Made by a program: the position numbers and the translations under genes | Source: Callorhinchus milii | Lineage: Eukaryota | Assembly (NCBI RefSeq): GCF_018977255.1 | Contig: NW_024704743.1 | Location: 77,192,001-77,256,000 of the forward strand | Direction of reading: 5' to 3' | Length of the DNA: 64,000 nt | The notes under the pieces: generated by a model | The model's database searches: none | What the model was told of the DNA's origin: nothing | Seen by the model: the letters and a program-made list of their open reading frames with translations, nothing else | In this document: positions 12,320 to 23,597 of the stretch, in pieces | Numbering within the stretch: the stretch's first letter is position 1 | Layout: each line of letters starts with the position of its first letter

Positions 12320-13092
12320 CAGCATTTACAGATGCACACTGCACCTCACCAAGCCAGTCAGGAGCCTGGGCGTCTTGTTCGACTCTCAACTGTCCTTTCT
12401 CCCCCATATCCATGCCATGACCCGCTCTATCTTCCCTCACCTCTGCAAATTGCCCGACTCCGCCACTGCCTCACCCCTCAGGCCGCCGAAAAACACATAC
12501 GCATTTTTCACCTCAAGGCTCCTCCTGGACAACCTCCCCAACTGCCCTTCCCCCCACAAGCTCCAGATCATCCAGAACTCTGCAGCTCATTCCTCTCCCA
12601 CACCAGGCTCTGTAACCTCATCGCCCCCACCCTTGCCTGGTTCCACTGGCTCCCCTTCCCTCAGAGGAAAGAATTCAAAATCCTTGAACTCACTTTCAAG
12701 GCCCTCCATGACTTTGCCCCCTCCTGCCTCTCTGACCTGCTAATCCCCTATCAACCTGTCCACTCCCTCCATTTAGCAGGCTCTGGCCTGCTCCATGTTT
12801 CCCGCACAACCTGCTACCATCGGCAGCCGGACTTTCAACCTCTGTGCCACCACTTTTTGGAACTCCATCCCACGATCCCTTTAGATGCTCCCACGTTCAC
12901 TCCCTTGCCTTTTTCAAGGCATGACCAAAGACCCTCCTTTTCGACTGTGCCTTCAGCTGCCCTCCTACCCCTCTGCCGTCCCTCATCCCAACTCTGCCAT
13001 CCCATGCTTGGGTCCTGATCCCCGACTGTTCAGTGCCTTGGGACTTCCTCCCGACATGAAGGGCACTTTACAAATGTAATTTTGTTGTTGTC
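12320..13092 (+). mobile_element. L2-clade LINE 3' fragment
   Basis: VRSLGVLFDSQLSF, LQIIQNSAA, HWLPFPQRKEFKIL; ends in a (TTG)n tail. An extra tail copy sits at 13215-13283. Confidence 0.88.
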
Positions 13093-13734
13093 GTATACAG
13101 TGACAAGTTCATGTACTCAATTCGCCACAAGATAAGCTGTGTATCTCAGCCATGCCATCACAATCCATCATGCTGAAGAGAGTCACCCGACTGCTCTTGT
13201 GCAGTCTTAAAAGCTAAGTCCAGCACCTTGGGACGTCCTCCCGACGTGAAAGGAGCTCTATAAATGTAATTTTGTTGTTGTTGTAAGTATAGAGCAGCAT
13301 TGATGCAAAATTGGGAGCTGCTCTCAAGATCATCCGCTTTGATGTGCATGGCATTGGAAAACAAGTGAAATGGGAGAAAAATCAAGAATATTTATTAGGT
13401 AATATGTACTTCTGTGTTTTCTATGCATAAATTACATAAATTATATTAAAAAAACCTCTATAACAAACAGAAGTGTTTATTTTACACAGATTTAACAATT
13501 TACTAGTTGGAGGACTCTGGATTGTAAATATTTATGACTTTTGTTTGTGTGCTGTAGTACCTCATCCCTGCCATTGAGTGAAGCCTATTCAGAAAAGAAC
13601 TGTAACAGTTATTGAACAGCGTCACCCAGCAGCCACAATATGGTACAGGTTCCTAATTATATTTAGCTGAGGGCAACGACTGGTACAGATAATAATTGTA
13701 CCATCTGATATGGTGAAGGAATTGCTGCAAAGTG

Positions 13735-13890
13735 TATCATAGAATCATAGAATTATACAGCACAGAAGTAGGGGATTCGGCCCGTCGTGTCTGTGCCGGC
13801 TCTTTGAAAAGAGCTCTTCAAATCAATCCCACTCCCCTGCTCTCTCCCCATAGGCCTGCAAACGTGACCTCCCCAAATAATTATCTAAAA
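13735..13890 (-). mobile_element. CR1-type 3' tail fragment
   Basis: catagaatcatagaat is the (ATTCTATG)n tail, followed by ttcggccc 3' UTR-like sequence. Confidence 0.6.
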
Positions 13891-13964
13891 TTGTAGTGAC
13901 AATATATTTGTAAGCCATGAAATAAATGGTCAGTCTAATCTGGGGGATTTACTTTAGGCCCAAC

Positions 13965-14190
13965 CATTGGGAAAAACTCACTTTTTGAGAAATGCAATGG
14001 AATCTTTAACGTACACTTGAACAAGCAGATGGTATACCGTGGGGTAATGTCTTATCCAAAGAAAGGTACCTTCGACAATACAGCATTGTCAGAGTGTCAG
14101 TCTAGACTGTGAACTCAATGTCCAATTGTAGGGCTGGAAGCCACAACCTACTGATTCAAGTGCAAGAGTACTACCAACTGAATCAGGTTG
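13965..14190 (-). mobile_element. Deu-domain SINE remnant
   Basis: Reverse complement resembles 27855-28080 (tRNA-like head, -ctgacact, ttaaagattccattgca). Confidence 0.55.
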
Positions 14191-14804
14191 ACAGATCTAA
14201 TCCTTTTTCTTTGAGCTTGGTCTGCTTCTCCCCCTTCCCCCCACAATACTTCTAACTTCCTTTACCAGATGTTACCTCCAATCACTTGTGCTCTCTCCTA
14301 CCTGGTAGTTCAAGCCCATTCAACATTTCTTTGCCTTTTATTGCCACACTAAATATTATTCTCAACCCCTTTTCAATCCTCTTTCATTTTCCCTCAGTCC
14401 ACTCCTTCCCTGCCTCAGTTGCATATTCCCCAATTCTTTCCTTCATGAGGAATAGGATTCTCCCATTATCCACCATTCAGAATCTCTTCCAGTGGTATAT
14501 TCCTCATGGGTTTCTCACCAGCTTGTCATCAGCTTGCTCTCCAATAAAACTACCTCGCTCAAACCGGTCCCATTTTAGCAAATCAGAGGGCCAGTGCAAG
14601 CGTTATATTCATCAGCCATGGATTGAGGTAGATCTTAGACCAGAATAAACAGATATTGCATCCTCAAATGTTGACAGATATTAAACTAGGAAGTTTGATT
14701 TAAAAAATTGAACTCAAATTTATTAAATTACTTTTCTAATTATCTTGTTTTTATGACTAGAAATACAAAATCCGCTTGTTCTCAGAAACTACAACTTTGC
14801 TTAC

Positions 14805-14908
14805 CTGAAGAAAAACATAACTGTACAGGGATCATACAATTCATACATCTTGTTGAAATCTGGTACCTCTGTGATATCCACAAGATAAATAACAGCAAAA
14901 TTTTTCAC
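14805..14908 (-). CDS. TXNL4A: TXNL4A coding exon 2
   Basis: VKNFAVIYLVDITEVPDFNKMYELYDPCTVMFFF(R); acceptor cctAG, donor AG|GTAAG; 104 nt. Confidence 0.97.
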
Positions 14909-15148
14909 CTAGGAAACAAATAACACGATCTAGTTGTAAGAAAATTAAATAAATACCAAATTGATATACAAATATCAGGATTCTTTCACAATTAGTTTTG
15001 GGAGCCATGCAAAATTAAACACTTGCATTTCTGTGGGCATCCCATGAAGCATTTTACGTGTTCTGTATTTATCATCAATGCATATTATACTCTGATTTAT
15101 GGTACATCACAATGTTTCATAACAGAGACCATTTGTATTTATAAACTA

Positions 15149-15785
15149 CCAGCTGTACCCATGGCAGCTTTGCTTGCAACCAAAGAATCCAATATGGAAT
15201 GTAGATTGACACACAAACAGACTGACACACAGCTCGTCTTTATTAGTATAGATTATTATTAAAATCATATACATAAGGGGAGAGGGGCTAAACTCCAGAG
15301 GGGGAGGGGGCTAAACGCCAGCCCAAGGTTAGGCCCCAATTCGAGCCTGAGACTTCACTCTCCCCAGCTAGTCGCTGCTAGGCCACGGGGCGGAGAAACC
15401 CGGAAACTTCATGGCCTTACCAAGCCAACCATCACCCACCACCAGGCCAACTCCGACATGTCCCGGTCCAGCCGGAGGCTGCCCAGGAGCAGCAAGAAAA
15501 GCAACCAAACGGCTGCCATCAATGCCGCTTGAGACAACTTCCACCTTACCACCGCCATCTTGTTTCCACTGCTTGGCTTTGTCTAAGTGTGTGCATCTGT
15601 GCTCTGTGATGCATGATGCCACAGCGCAACTGGGAGTCAGCGCGGCCACCAGGTGTAACTGCTGCATACATGTAACATGTGTGATGAGCTGTTTTTTTAA
15701 ATATAGACATCATGTCTATGTCAATCGGTTATTGAGTTCTTAGCGGACACACAGATACACGACATTGCGTCTTTATAAGTATAGA
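15149..15785 (-). mobile_element. Non-autonomous Helitron-like element, copy B
   Basis: The minus strand begins A|TCTATACTTATAAAGACG and ends GGGTACAGCTGG|T (CTRR), i.e. an A/T insertion site. It has a TGTG/TCTG-type repeat near the 5' end and a second internal TCTATACT start at 15252. Confidence 0.65.
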
Positions 15786-16357
15786 TATGAAATTTTACCC
15801 TACAGTAAAATTATGTTTAACATTTGGCAGTTGATAAACAAATGATAGCTTGGGATTACTGTTACTAAAAGTAGGGCATAAGAGAATATGTGATGCTGAG
15901 AATTGGTGCACTGATCCTTAGTATAACAGTAAAAAGATGTAGATTCAATAAGCACATTTTGTAATCTGAGCTGTGCCAAATAAAGGAGGTACCAAGGAGA
16001 GAAGGATTCCAAGGGAAAGAACGGGTTGGGAATCATATCTACCTGGGTAATATCTTGCAACCGTTCGCCACAAGGGCAAAATGGGGGTGGGAGAGAGGAA
16101 AAGCAAGAAGGTCTTGGAGAAGGCCATCTGCCTGCCTTCTCTACTGTGAAAATGTCCAGATAAGCTGAGGAATGGGATCATTTACTTGAAAAATTAGATA
16201 AAGTATAAAATGCTCAAAGATAATATGGAGAAGTTAGTATCAGACCATGCCAGAGAACTCTAAACTAAATGAAAGCCAGTACAATTTTGTAGCATTCTGC
16301 ATTTACTGAATATTTGCTAAAACCTTGCTCTAATCTTTAACATTTGCACAGGCTCAC

Positions 16358-16510
16358 CTTCTCAGCAATACTATACAGCACCTCATCCATTTTCATACAA
16401 GTTGGGTCCCAGTCATGACCAAATCGAATGACTACAACGCGATCCTCTTCTGACAGAATGGCCTGATCCACTTGCCAGCCATTGTGGAGATGCGGTAACA
16501 TATACGACAT
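16358..16510 (-). CDS. TXNL4A: TXNL4A coding exon 1
   Basis: MSYMLPHLHNGWQVDQAILSEEDRVVVIRFGHDWDPTCMKMDEVLYSIAEK; donor AAG|GTGAGC. 153+104+172=429 nt = 142 aa + stop. Acceptor tttAG at 16535-16536 lies upstream of the ATG. Confidence 0.97.
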
Positions 16511-16809
16511 CCTGACAATGGACTGTAAAAAGGCCTAAAGCAAAAAAAGGCACAGGATAATTACAGCATTACCACAAACAAAATAATTTCTGCAGTATCG
16601 TAAGCAAAATTACTTCTGAACTAGAAAGATGAAAAATTATTCTTCATTTTGGCAGGAGGCTCTGTGCATACAGATATAGTAGCAATGATAAGCAATGATA
16701 GTAGCAATGATTTGCTTAGTTTCATAGTTTCAAATCAGTTTCATAGATACCAAGCAGCATGAATAACCAGCAGCTTCTAGGACACTGCACCTATTAAATA
16801 ATAATAACT

Positions 16810-17190
16810 GTAAGAATCATTACATTTGGTATAGTGCTTTTCATGCCACGAGGACGTTTCAATGTCAGGATGTACTGAAAAGTGGAGTGACTATAGGTTT
16901 TATAGGCGAACACAGTAGCCAATTTTGTGCACAGCAATGTCCCACAAACAGTTATGAAGCGAATGAACAATTTTATTGGGCTGTTAGCCAGGACACCAGT
17001 AGAAACACCCTTCTCTTTTCAAATAGTGCCATGGGATATTCAATTACCATTTGAACAGGCAGACGCACTTTGGTTTAACATCTCATTCAAGGGCAGGACA
17101 TATCCCTGGAATTGCAGTCCCGACGTGGGGCTTGAATCCACAACCTTCTGACTCAAGAGTTGAGATTTCTATCAATTGAGCCAAACTGAC
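16810..17190 (-). mobile_element. Deu-domain SINE remnant with SINE-type tail
   Basis: Reverse complement contains gagtcagaaggttgtggattcaagcccc, gagatgttaaacc and atcccatggcactatttgaa. Confidence 0.65.
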
Positions 17191-17873
17191 CCCAAAAAGC
17201 TGTATGGCAAGCTGGTTGGTGATAACGTTGTTAGTATTATGATACCACCTTCTTTTTCTGAATGAAGCAAATCAAGTTGGGGTAAATTCTGTGGGTCCTG
17301 GCAGCCCACTAGGACCTCCTTGTTCAAATTGCCATTCTGCACACAAGACTGAACAGCGAGTGTCAAGAAAACTTTACAGCCAATCTTTATCCTGTCCTAA
17401 CCTGACAAATATGCATACACACAATGCATTCACCTTTCTCTCTGGGCGCTACTGGGCATCAGTCCCACAGATTTTTCCTCCTACCCAGTCTAGGTGGATT
17501 AAACCCAGTCGTAGCATTTCATCCACCCATTTTAAGTGCACTTCCAGTGTGAGGAAATCAGTTAACTCATTGAAACCTGGGAGCAAATCTTGTACCACAC
17601 TGAATTGTTACACTAAATTCAGAACTTCAGAATACAATTCAGAACCTTGTGTTAAAGTTACTCAGTCATACAGACAGATAGATGTGAGTGCAACAGAGTT
17701 ACATAATAAAATAATGAAGAAACAGGCATGTAGACGATACCATCATATTGAACACATTATGACATGTGCAGAACAGAAGCAATCTGGCAACCAGCAATTT
17801 AACAAAGTAATATGGTGTGTATTAAGAGCAGCTTCCTCTTGTCAGCACTCTCATCTGAACAATGCTTTCCCTA

Positions 17874-18026
17874 AAACAAAAACAGAACATTCTGACGAAG
17901 GGTCGTGGACCCGAAACGTTGACTAACTTTCCGTTTTCCGTAGCTGCTGCCTGTCCTGCTGAGTTTTCACGGCTCTCTCTGTTCTTGTTTCAGATTTCCA
18001 GCATCTGCAGTATTTTGTGTTTTGTT
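17874..18026 (+). mobile_element. Penelope-like mini-element carrying a minimal hammerhead motif
   Basis: CTGACGA-A-GGGTC-GTG-GACCC-GAAACGTT at 17892-17920, then gctgcctgtcctgctgagt...tttcagatttccagcatctgcagtatttt. Flanked by near-direct repeats AATGCTTTCCCTA and AATGCTTTTCCTA. Confidence 0.7.
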
Positions 18027-18074
18027 AATGCTTTTCCTAGCATCATTCACAGATGCTAAAGATCATCAATGGTC

Positions 18075-19290
18075 ATTTACATTTGTAAAGCGCCTTTTAC
18101 GTCAGGAGGACGTCCCAAGACACTGGACGGTGAGGGATTTGGACACGAGCTGGGGGTCGGGATCATGGAGGGTAGAGGGCAAGAGTAGTGGGCTGAAGGC
18201 TCAAAGAGGAAGGTTTTGAGACACGCCTTGAAGGAGGCAAGGGAGGGAGCAAGCCAAAGGGAATGTGGGATGAAGTTCCATAGGCTGGTGTCAGAAAGGC
18301 TGAAGGCCCGACCGCCGAAGGTCGGCCGGGGGAAGTGCAGCAGGCCACAGCCTGCTGAGTGGAGAGAATAGACAGATTGATATAGTGTCAGCAGGTTGCC
18401 GAGGCAGGGAGGAGCAAGGCTGTGGAGGGCCTTGAAGGAGAGGATGAGTATTTTGAACCCTATTCTCTGGGGGATGGGGAGCCAGTGGAGCCGGGCAAGG
18501 GTGGGAGTGCTGGAGTCATGGAGCCTGGTGCGGGAGAGAACACAAGCTGCAGAGTTCTGGATGATCTGCAGTTTATGGAGGGAACAGTTAGGAAGCCGAT
18601 AAGCAGGGAGTTGGCGTAGTCGAGCCGAGATGTGATGAACGCATGAATGAGACTTTCGGCTGCCTGAGGGGTGAGGCAGTGGCAGAGCTGGGTGATGTTG
18701 CGGAGATGGGAGAAGGCAGAGCGGGTCTTGTCAAAGATGTGGGGTAGAAAGGATAGTTGAGGGTCAAGCAAGATGCCAAGGTTCCTGACTGGCTCAGTGG
18801 AGTGTGCATCCTTGGATGGTGATGCTGTCAATACCTGTGGAGTGCCAATGAGGAGGGTCTCAAGTCTTGTTGACGTTTAACTGTAGAAAGTTAGCTCTCA
18901 TCCAGGTCTTGATGTCTGACATTCTATCAGGACAGCAGTGGTCCAGGAGTCAAGGGTGGAGGCAGAGAGCTAGAGTTGGGTGTCATTCACATACATGTGG
19001 AAGTTGACCCCATGTCTGCGGATGATGGCACTGAGTGTGTAGATATTGGACCACGGACAGAGCCCTGAGTAACACAGCATTGGATGGTGCGGGGGCTTGA
19101 GGAGAAGTCATTTATGGAGATGAAGTGGAGATGGTGTGAGAGGTAGGATCTGAACCACTCAAGGACAGAACCATGAAGGTTGAGGTGAGAGGAGAGGAGA
19201 AAGATAGGCGAAAGACCATAACAAAACTAGCAGAGAAGTCAAGGAGGATGAGGAGGCAGAGGAAGTCCTGGTCACAGATGGACAAAATGT
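18075..19290 (-). mobile_element. L2-clade LINE, about 1.2 kb 3' portion
   Basis: VRNLGILLDPQLSF, LIHAFITSRLDYANSLL and LLILLDFSASF. Confidence 0.88.
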
Positions 19291-19534
19291 CTTTTGAGTG
19301 CGACATATCTATATCTATCTGCATCATTCTCCCAATTGACAGGAAGGTGTAAGAAAAGGAAACCACTATTCCTTCATCCTGAATCAAATGTAAGGATTAT
19401 TATTATCCTTTTTCATTGCAACTTCTATACAGACATCAGTTCAAACAATCACGCCCACAGAATTCCAGTGACTTCAATTTATACTAATATCCTGTGAACA
19501 TTTCAAGATGTCCTCCCAAAGGCACTATAGCAAA

Positions 19535-19976
19535 TGTAAGGATTATTCTAATAATCTTATTAAATTTCTTATCAATCCATGACTGTTTGTGGGACACTGC
19601 TGTGCGCAGTTGGCTGCCGCGTTTTGCCCAGAAATATACAGTCAATTCACTTTACAGTATATTCTGTGAAGCACTTTGAGACGTCTCGAAGATGTGAAAA
19701 GCGCTATATCAAATGCAAGGATTATTATTATTAACGCTTTTGGGAAAATATCAATAAGATTATTTGTTTAAAATCCTACTGGTGAGACATCAAAGAATTT
19801 AAATTTTTTTGATGATTTCCCATAAAGGGCACGTGACTATCAACTGAAGTGAATTGACTGTATATTGGTGGGCGAAACGCAGCAGCTAATTGCGCACAGC
19901 AGTGTCCCACAAACAGTCGTGGATTGATAAGATTGATAAGAAATTTAATAAGCGATTATTAGAATAATCTTTACAT
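19535..19976. repeat. Inverted pair of SINE-body copies (arms about 120 bp)
   Basis: 19535-19653 is close to the reverse complement of 19847-19976, including a flank not seen in other SINE copies here. Confidence 0.8.
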
Positions 19977-20689
19977 CCAACATCCCTGATTGTCCAGCAC
20001 CGAGATGTCTTTCCAACGTGAAGGGCGCCTACACAAGTGTCACTTGTTGTTGTAGTCAGGACTTTGAACTCACAGTCTTGGCTGACACCCCAACACAGTG
20101 TTGAGGTTGTCGGAGTTGCTGTCCTTTGGTTAAGAAGTTAAACTCAGATTCCATCTGCCTATTCACGTGGAAGTTAAAGATTATAAGGAAATATTCCAAA
20201 AGAGAAAGGGGTCTCTCCTGGGCAACAATCCCACAAATAAAATTGGTCACTCACTCCATGACTGTTTGTGGGCCATTGCTGTGCGCAAATGGCCACGGTA
20301 TTTCACTCACAAAATACACAGGTACTCCAGGTTACAAGATATCCTGTGAAACACCGTGTGACACCTCAATGATATGAAAGGCACTATATCAAACGCAAGG
20401 ATAATTATTGGGAGTTGCCGAACTTTGAATGAAACGGAGCTCCCTCCCATCTGCCCTGTTCAGGTGGACGTTAAAGAACCAACAGCACTAATGGAAAAGA
20501 GAACGGTGTCCTGGCCAGCGATCCCCAAACAAACCTGGTAACTCACGCCGCGGCTGTTAGCTGTACATAGCTGTGCACAAACCAGCTGCCATGTTCACCT
20601 GCAGAACAGTCACCGACTGCACCTTCCAGCGATAAAGCCATTTCCTCCTGACAGCAGTCGCTCTGTCGTGTAGGAATGAATCAACCTCG

Positions 20690-21200
20690 TGCACACACCG
20701 AGGCCACGAGACAGTCAAGACGCCAACAAACCCCCGTCCCCCTGTCCTCCAGCCCCCTGTTCCCTCCGCTTAAAAGCTGTGCGCCGCCCACTCGCTCCCC
20801 AGGCTCGCGTGGGGCCCTCCTCGGTAGAGAAGCGGCTTCACGGGCTTCAGTGCGGGGCCGGGCCCGGCCTCAGAGCTGTGACTAGGGCCGGGCTCCCGGG
20901 CCTCGGGATGTGAGTGTGAGCGGCGGCGGCGAACAGAGCCGACGGGGAGCAGCGAGAGCCGCCCGGCACGGCCAAGAGACGAGTTATTTCATGTTCGGGG
21001 AAAGTTAACTCACCTTGAGCCCGGGGACCGAGAGAGAGACACACACAGGCCGGGACCAGGACCAGGCCCCGTCACCATGGACACCGCGAGCAGCACGTGA
21101 TCACGCACTGATCCACGTGACCCACAAATGTCGCCAGGTTGGGCGGCTTCTCGCCCAATTGGGCGGGATTTCGTTGCTGTGAGAAAAGGGGTTAAATTTG
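20690..21200 (-). promoter_or_regulatory. CpG island, probable TXNL4A promoter with non-coding exon ending at 21014
   Basis: CpG-rich. Consensus donor AAG|GTGAGT at 21014/21013; E-boxes CACGTG at 21094 and 21114; palindrome CGCCCAATTGGGCG 21152-21165. The TXNL4A ATG exon starts with an acceptor, so an upstream exon is needed. Confidence 0.7.
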
Positions 21201-21429
21201 CAAAATGGTGTTCCTTTTTTTGGTTTTGGGATTCGAAGACCTGTCCTTACGCAGTTCCAAATGGACTGACCTAAATTAGTCAGTCTGCCGCTGAACACAG
21301 GAGGCAGCATATAATATCGGAGTCGAAAGCTGGGTCTCCTTGAGGCTGAACTGGCTCCAAGGTGACGTGGCTGGCAATGGAACGTCGGTCTCTGGTCCGG
21401 TTCCTGAGCCGGGCAGGTCCACAGTATTC

Positions 21430-21700
21430 CAGGGCACTGCTGATGACAGCACAGGCAGTCTGGCTCATCGGCAGCACCTGAAAGAGCCCAGTCACTAGGG
21501 CCAGGTAGTCATCCCACTCAGCTCCTGTTTAACCCTGCAAGTGAAACCGTAACGGGTAGGGTGGTCCCCGCAGTACAAGCAGTGGGAAAGCTTGTCGGTA
21601 ACGATATCAATGGCAAGTTATGCGGTTTTAACTAGTTAGACTCCAGCAGTACCTATTGGGGTCCCCAAGCCTTGGCTCTTGCCAAACTGCGCCTAATAGG
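21430..21700 (+). repeat. Unclassified dispersed repeat, copy 2 left part
   Basis: Homologous to 8083-8221 and 24540-24600; continues at 22415-22568 after insertions. Confidence 0.65.
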
Positions 21701-22099
21701 GCCTCGATGACCAAGATAGGGTGATGGTACGATTCGGAGCCCCCACCTGGTGATGGGAGGGAGGGAGGAATGAAGGGAGGAGAAAACAGGAATCTCTCCA
21801 AATAAAAGGAAAAGACAAGCAGGATTTTTTTAAAATCACCATTAAGCAAAAAACCTACAGTGAGATATTGGCTCAGAGGATTCCAAGGTCCTTGTGACTT
21901 GTGTCCAAGCTCAGTTACACAGCAGTCAGGAGCAGCCTGTGAAAAGCTGTGATACACACTCTCTCCTCCCAACCGCACTCCTATCTCTTACCTCCTCCCC
22001 TTCAATTCACCCCTTCTCTTCGCCCTCTCCTTAAGGTTCTTACATTCACCAGCTCTGTCGTGTGTGTCTGTGTGTTTTGACCAGTGAGTGGAAGTGTTA

Positions 22100-22400
22100 A
22101 GTCCTGTAACTCAGTGGTTAGAGCCCGCGCCTCATAAGCGAGAGTTCTATTCCCGGGCAGGTTTCCTTACTCCTCACACCTCTGTTTACCTAGCAGTGGG
22201 TCGTTTTTCTCAGGGGTAATGATTCCTTCAAAAAAAATAGTAATAATGTGGTCACTCATTCCACGACTGTTTGTGAGACACTGCTATGTGCAATTGGCTA
22301 CCTTATACCATAAAGTATAAGTATATTCTGTAAAGCGCTTTGAGACATCTCGAAGATGTGATAAGGCGCTATATCAAATGCAAGGATTATTATTATAATA
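22100..22400 (+). mobile_element. Full-length tRNA-derived SINE
   Basis: gtcctgtaactcagtggttagag head through tgcaaggattattattat tail. Confidence 0.85.
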
Positions 22401-22414
22401 TTTTCAGGAATTAG

Positions 22415-22568
22415 ATAAGCACGATGGGTCCCTCCAGGGAGAGAGTGCGCGTACCATTCCAACAATTTATCTCTGGATTTCCATGTGTAGGTGGGATGCA
22501 TGGAAATTTCAGTTTGGTTTACTCTTAAGCATGGTGATGGGTTTCCGCATGTGTCAAACACCAGGCTA
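22415..22568 (+). repeat. Unclassified dispersed repeat, copy 2 right part
   Basis: Homologous to 8240-8395; an inverted fragment lies at 23302-23344. Confidence 0.7.
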
Positions 22569-22734
22569 ATGAAAAAAAGGGCTACTTTTGAGCTAGTGTT
22601 TGTGTTTGGTGGACTTTGAGCTACAAACGGTACTTTAGTTTTTGGCTAACACTGCCCCCCACCCCTCACCCCGGTCAGCCTCTCCACATACACTGGCATC
22701 CCCCCACACCCTCCCCCGCTCAGCCTCTCCACAC

Positions 22735-22915
22735 ACAACAACAACAACAAGATTTCATTTACAGAGCGCCTTTCATGTCGGGAGGATGTCCCAAAGCGCT
22801 TCACAGAACACACTGTAAAGTAACTTGACTGTATATTTGTGGGCGAACGCGGCAGCCAATTGCGCACAGCAACGTCCCACAAACAGTCGTAGATTGAAAA
22901 TGACCAATTTATTAT
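22735..22915 (-). mobile_element. SINE body joined to an L2-type (TTG)n tail
   Basis: SINE body sequence is followed on the minus strand by gggacatcctcccgacatgaaaggcgctct...ttgttgttgttg. Confidence 0.7.
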
Positions 22916-22939
22916 TGTTTTTTGTTTTCGAGGGATATG

Positions 22940-23205
22940 GTCAGGGTGAGGGGAGGGAAGGGAGGGAGCGAGGAGAGGAGGGGGTAGAGAGTCGAGAGGG
23001 GAGCTGAAGGCACGGTCGAAGAGAAAGGTCTTGAGACCGGCCTTGAAGGAGGAAAGGGAGGAGGCGGCGAAGGCACTGGGGGATGGAGGTCCAGAGCCTA
23101 GGGGCTGAGAGGCTGAAAGCCCGGCCACCGATGGTAGGGCGGTTAGGGCGGAGGATGTAGAGCAGACCGGAGCCAGAGGAACGGAGGGTACAGGCAGGTA
23201 AGTAA
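22940..23205 (-). mobile_element. L2-clade LINE 3' fragment
   Basis: LRSSGSGLL...GGRAFSLSAPRLWTSIP and FKAGLKTFLF. Confidence 0.8.
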
Positions 23206-23597
23206 CCCACCCAAATTTAGCCTCTTGTTCTCTCCACGGACACTGCCCTCACCCTCTTTCCCATCTCAGCCTCTTGTATCTCTCCAAATACAAGGATACA
23301 AGAGTATCACATGCAGAAACCCACCACCATGCTTAAGAGTATCCTGAAGGAGAAATCTTAAACATGGTGGTTTGTGACAGGGAATGCAGTCACAGTTTCA
23401 CCCAGAGCACTTTTTCTCACAATTATTTGTATTTCAGGTTGTTCAATCCTTTAAAAATAGAAACTAAAGTCTTTCACTGCATGGAGGGGGGCCTGCTCCA
23501 TCGTCTGTTAAAAGTTATTGTTTTACAAGAGGTTTGTGGTTAAAATTGCAGCAAAAACACTAAAAAAAATGCAGAAGTATCTACCTGGTTGTGTGTG

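Noticed and set aside
17291..17926. 211-aa plus-strand ORF
   Set aside because: Non-ATG start, no recognisable domain, antisense intronic location, and it ends inside a Penelope fragment.
21440..21485. Hammerhead-like CTGATGA...GAAA (also CTGATGA at about 24540 and 44705)
   Set aside because: No convincing stem II closing pair or stem I/III, so the topology is not satisfied.
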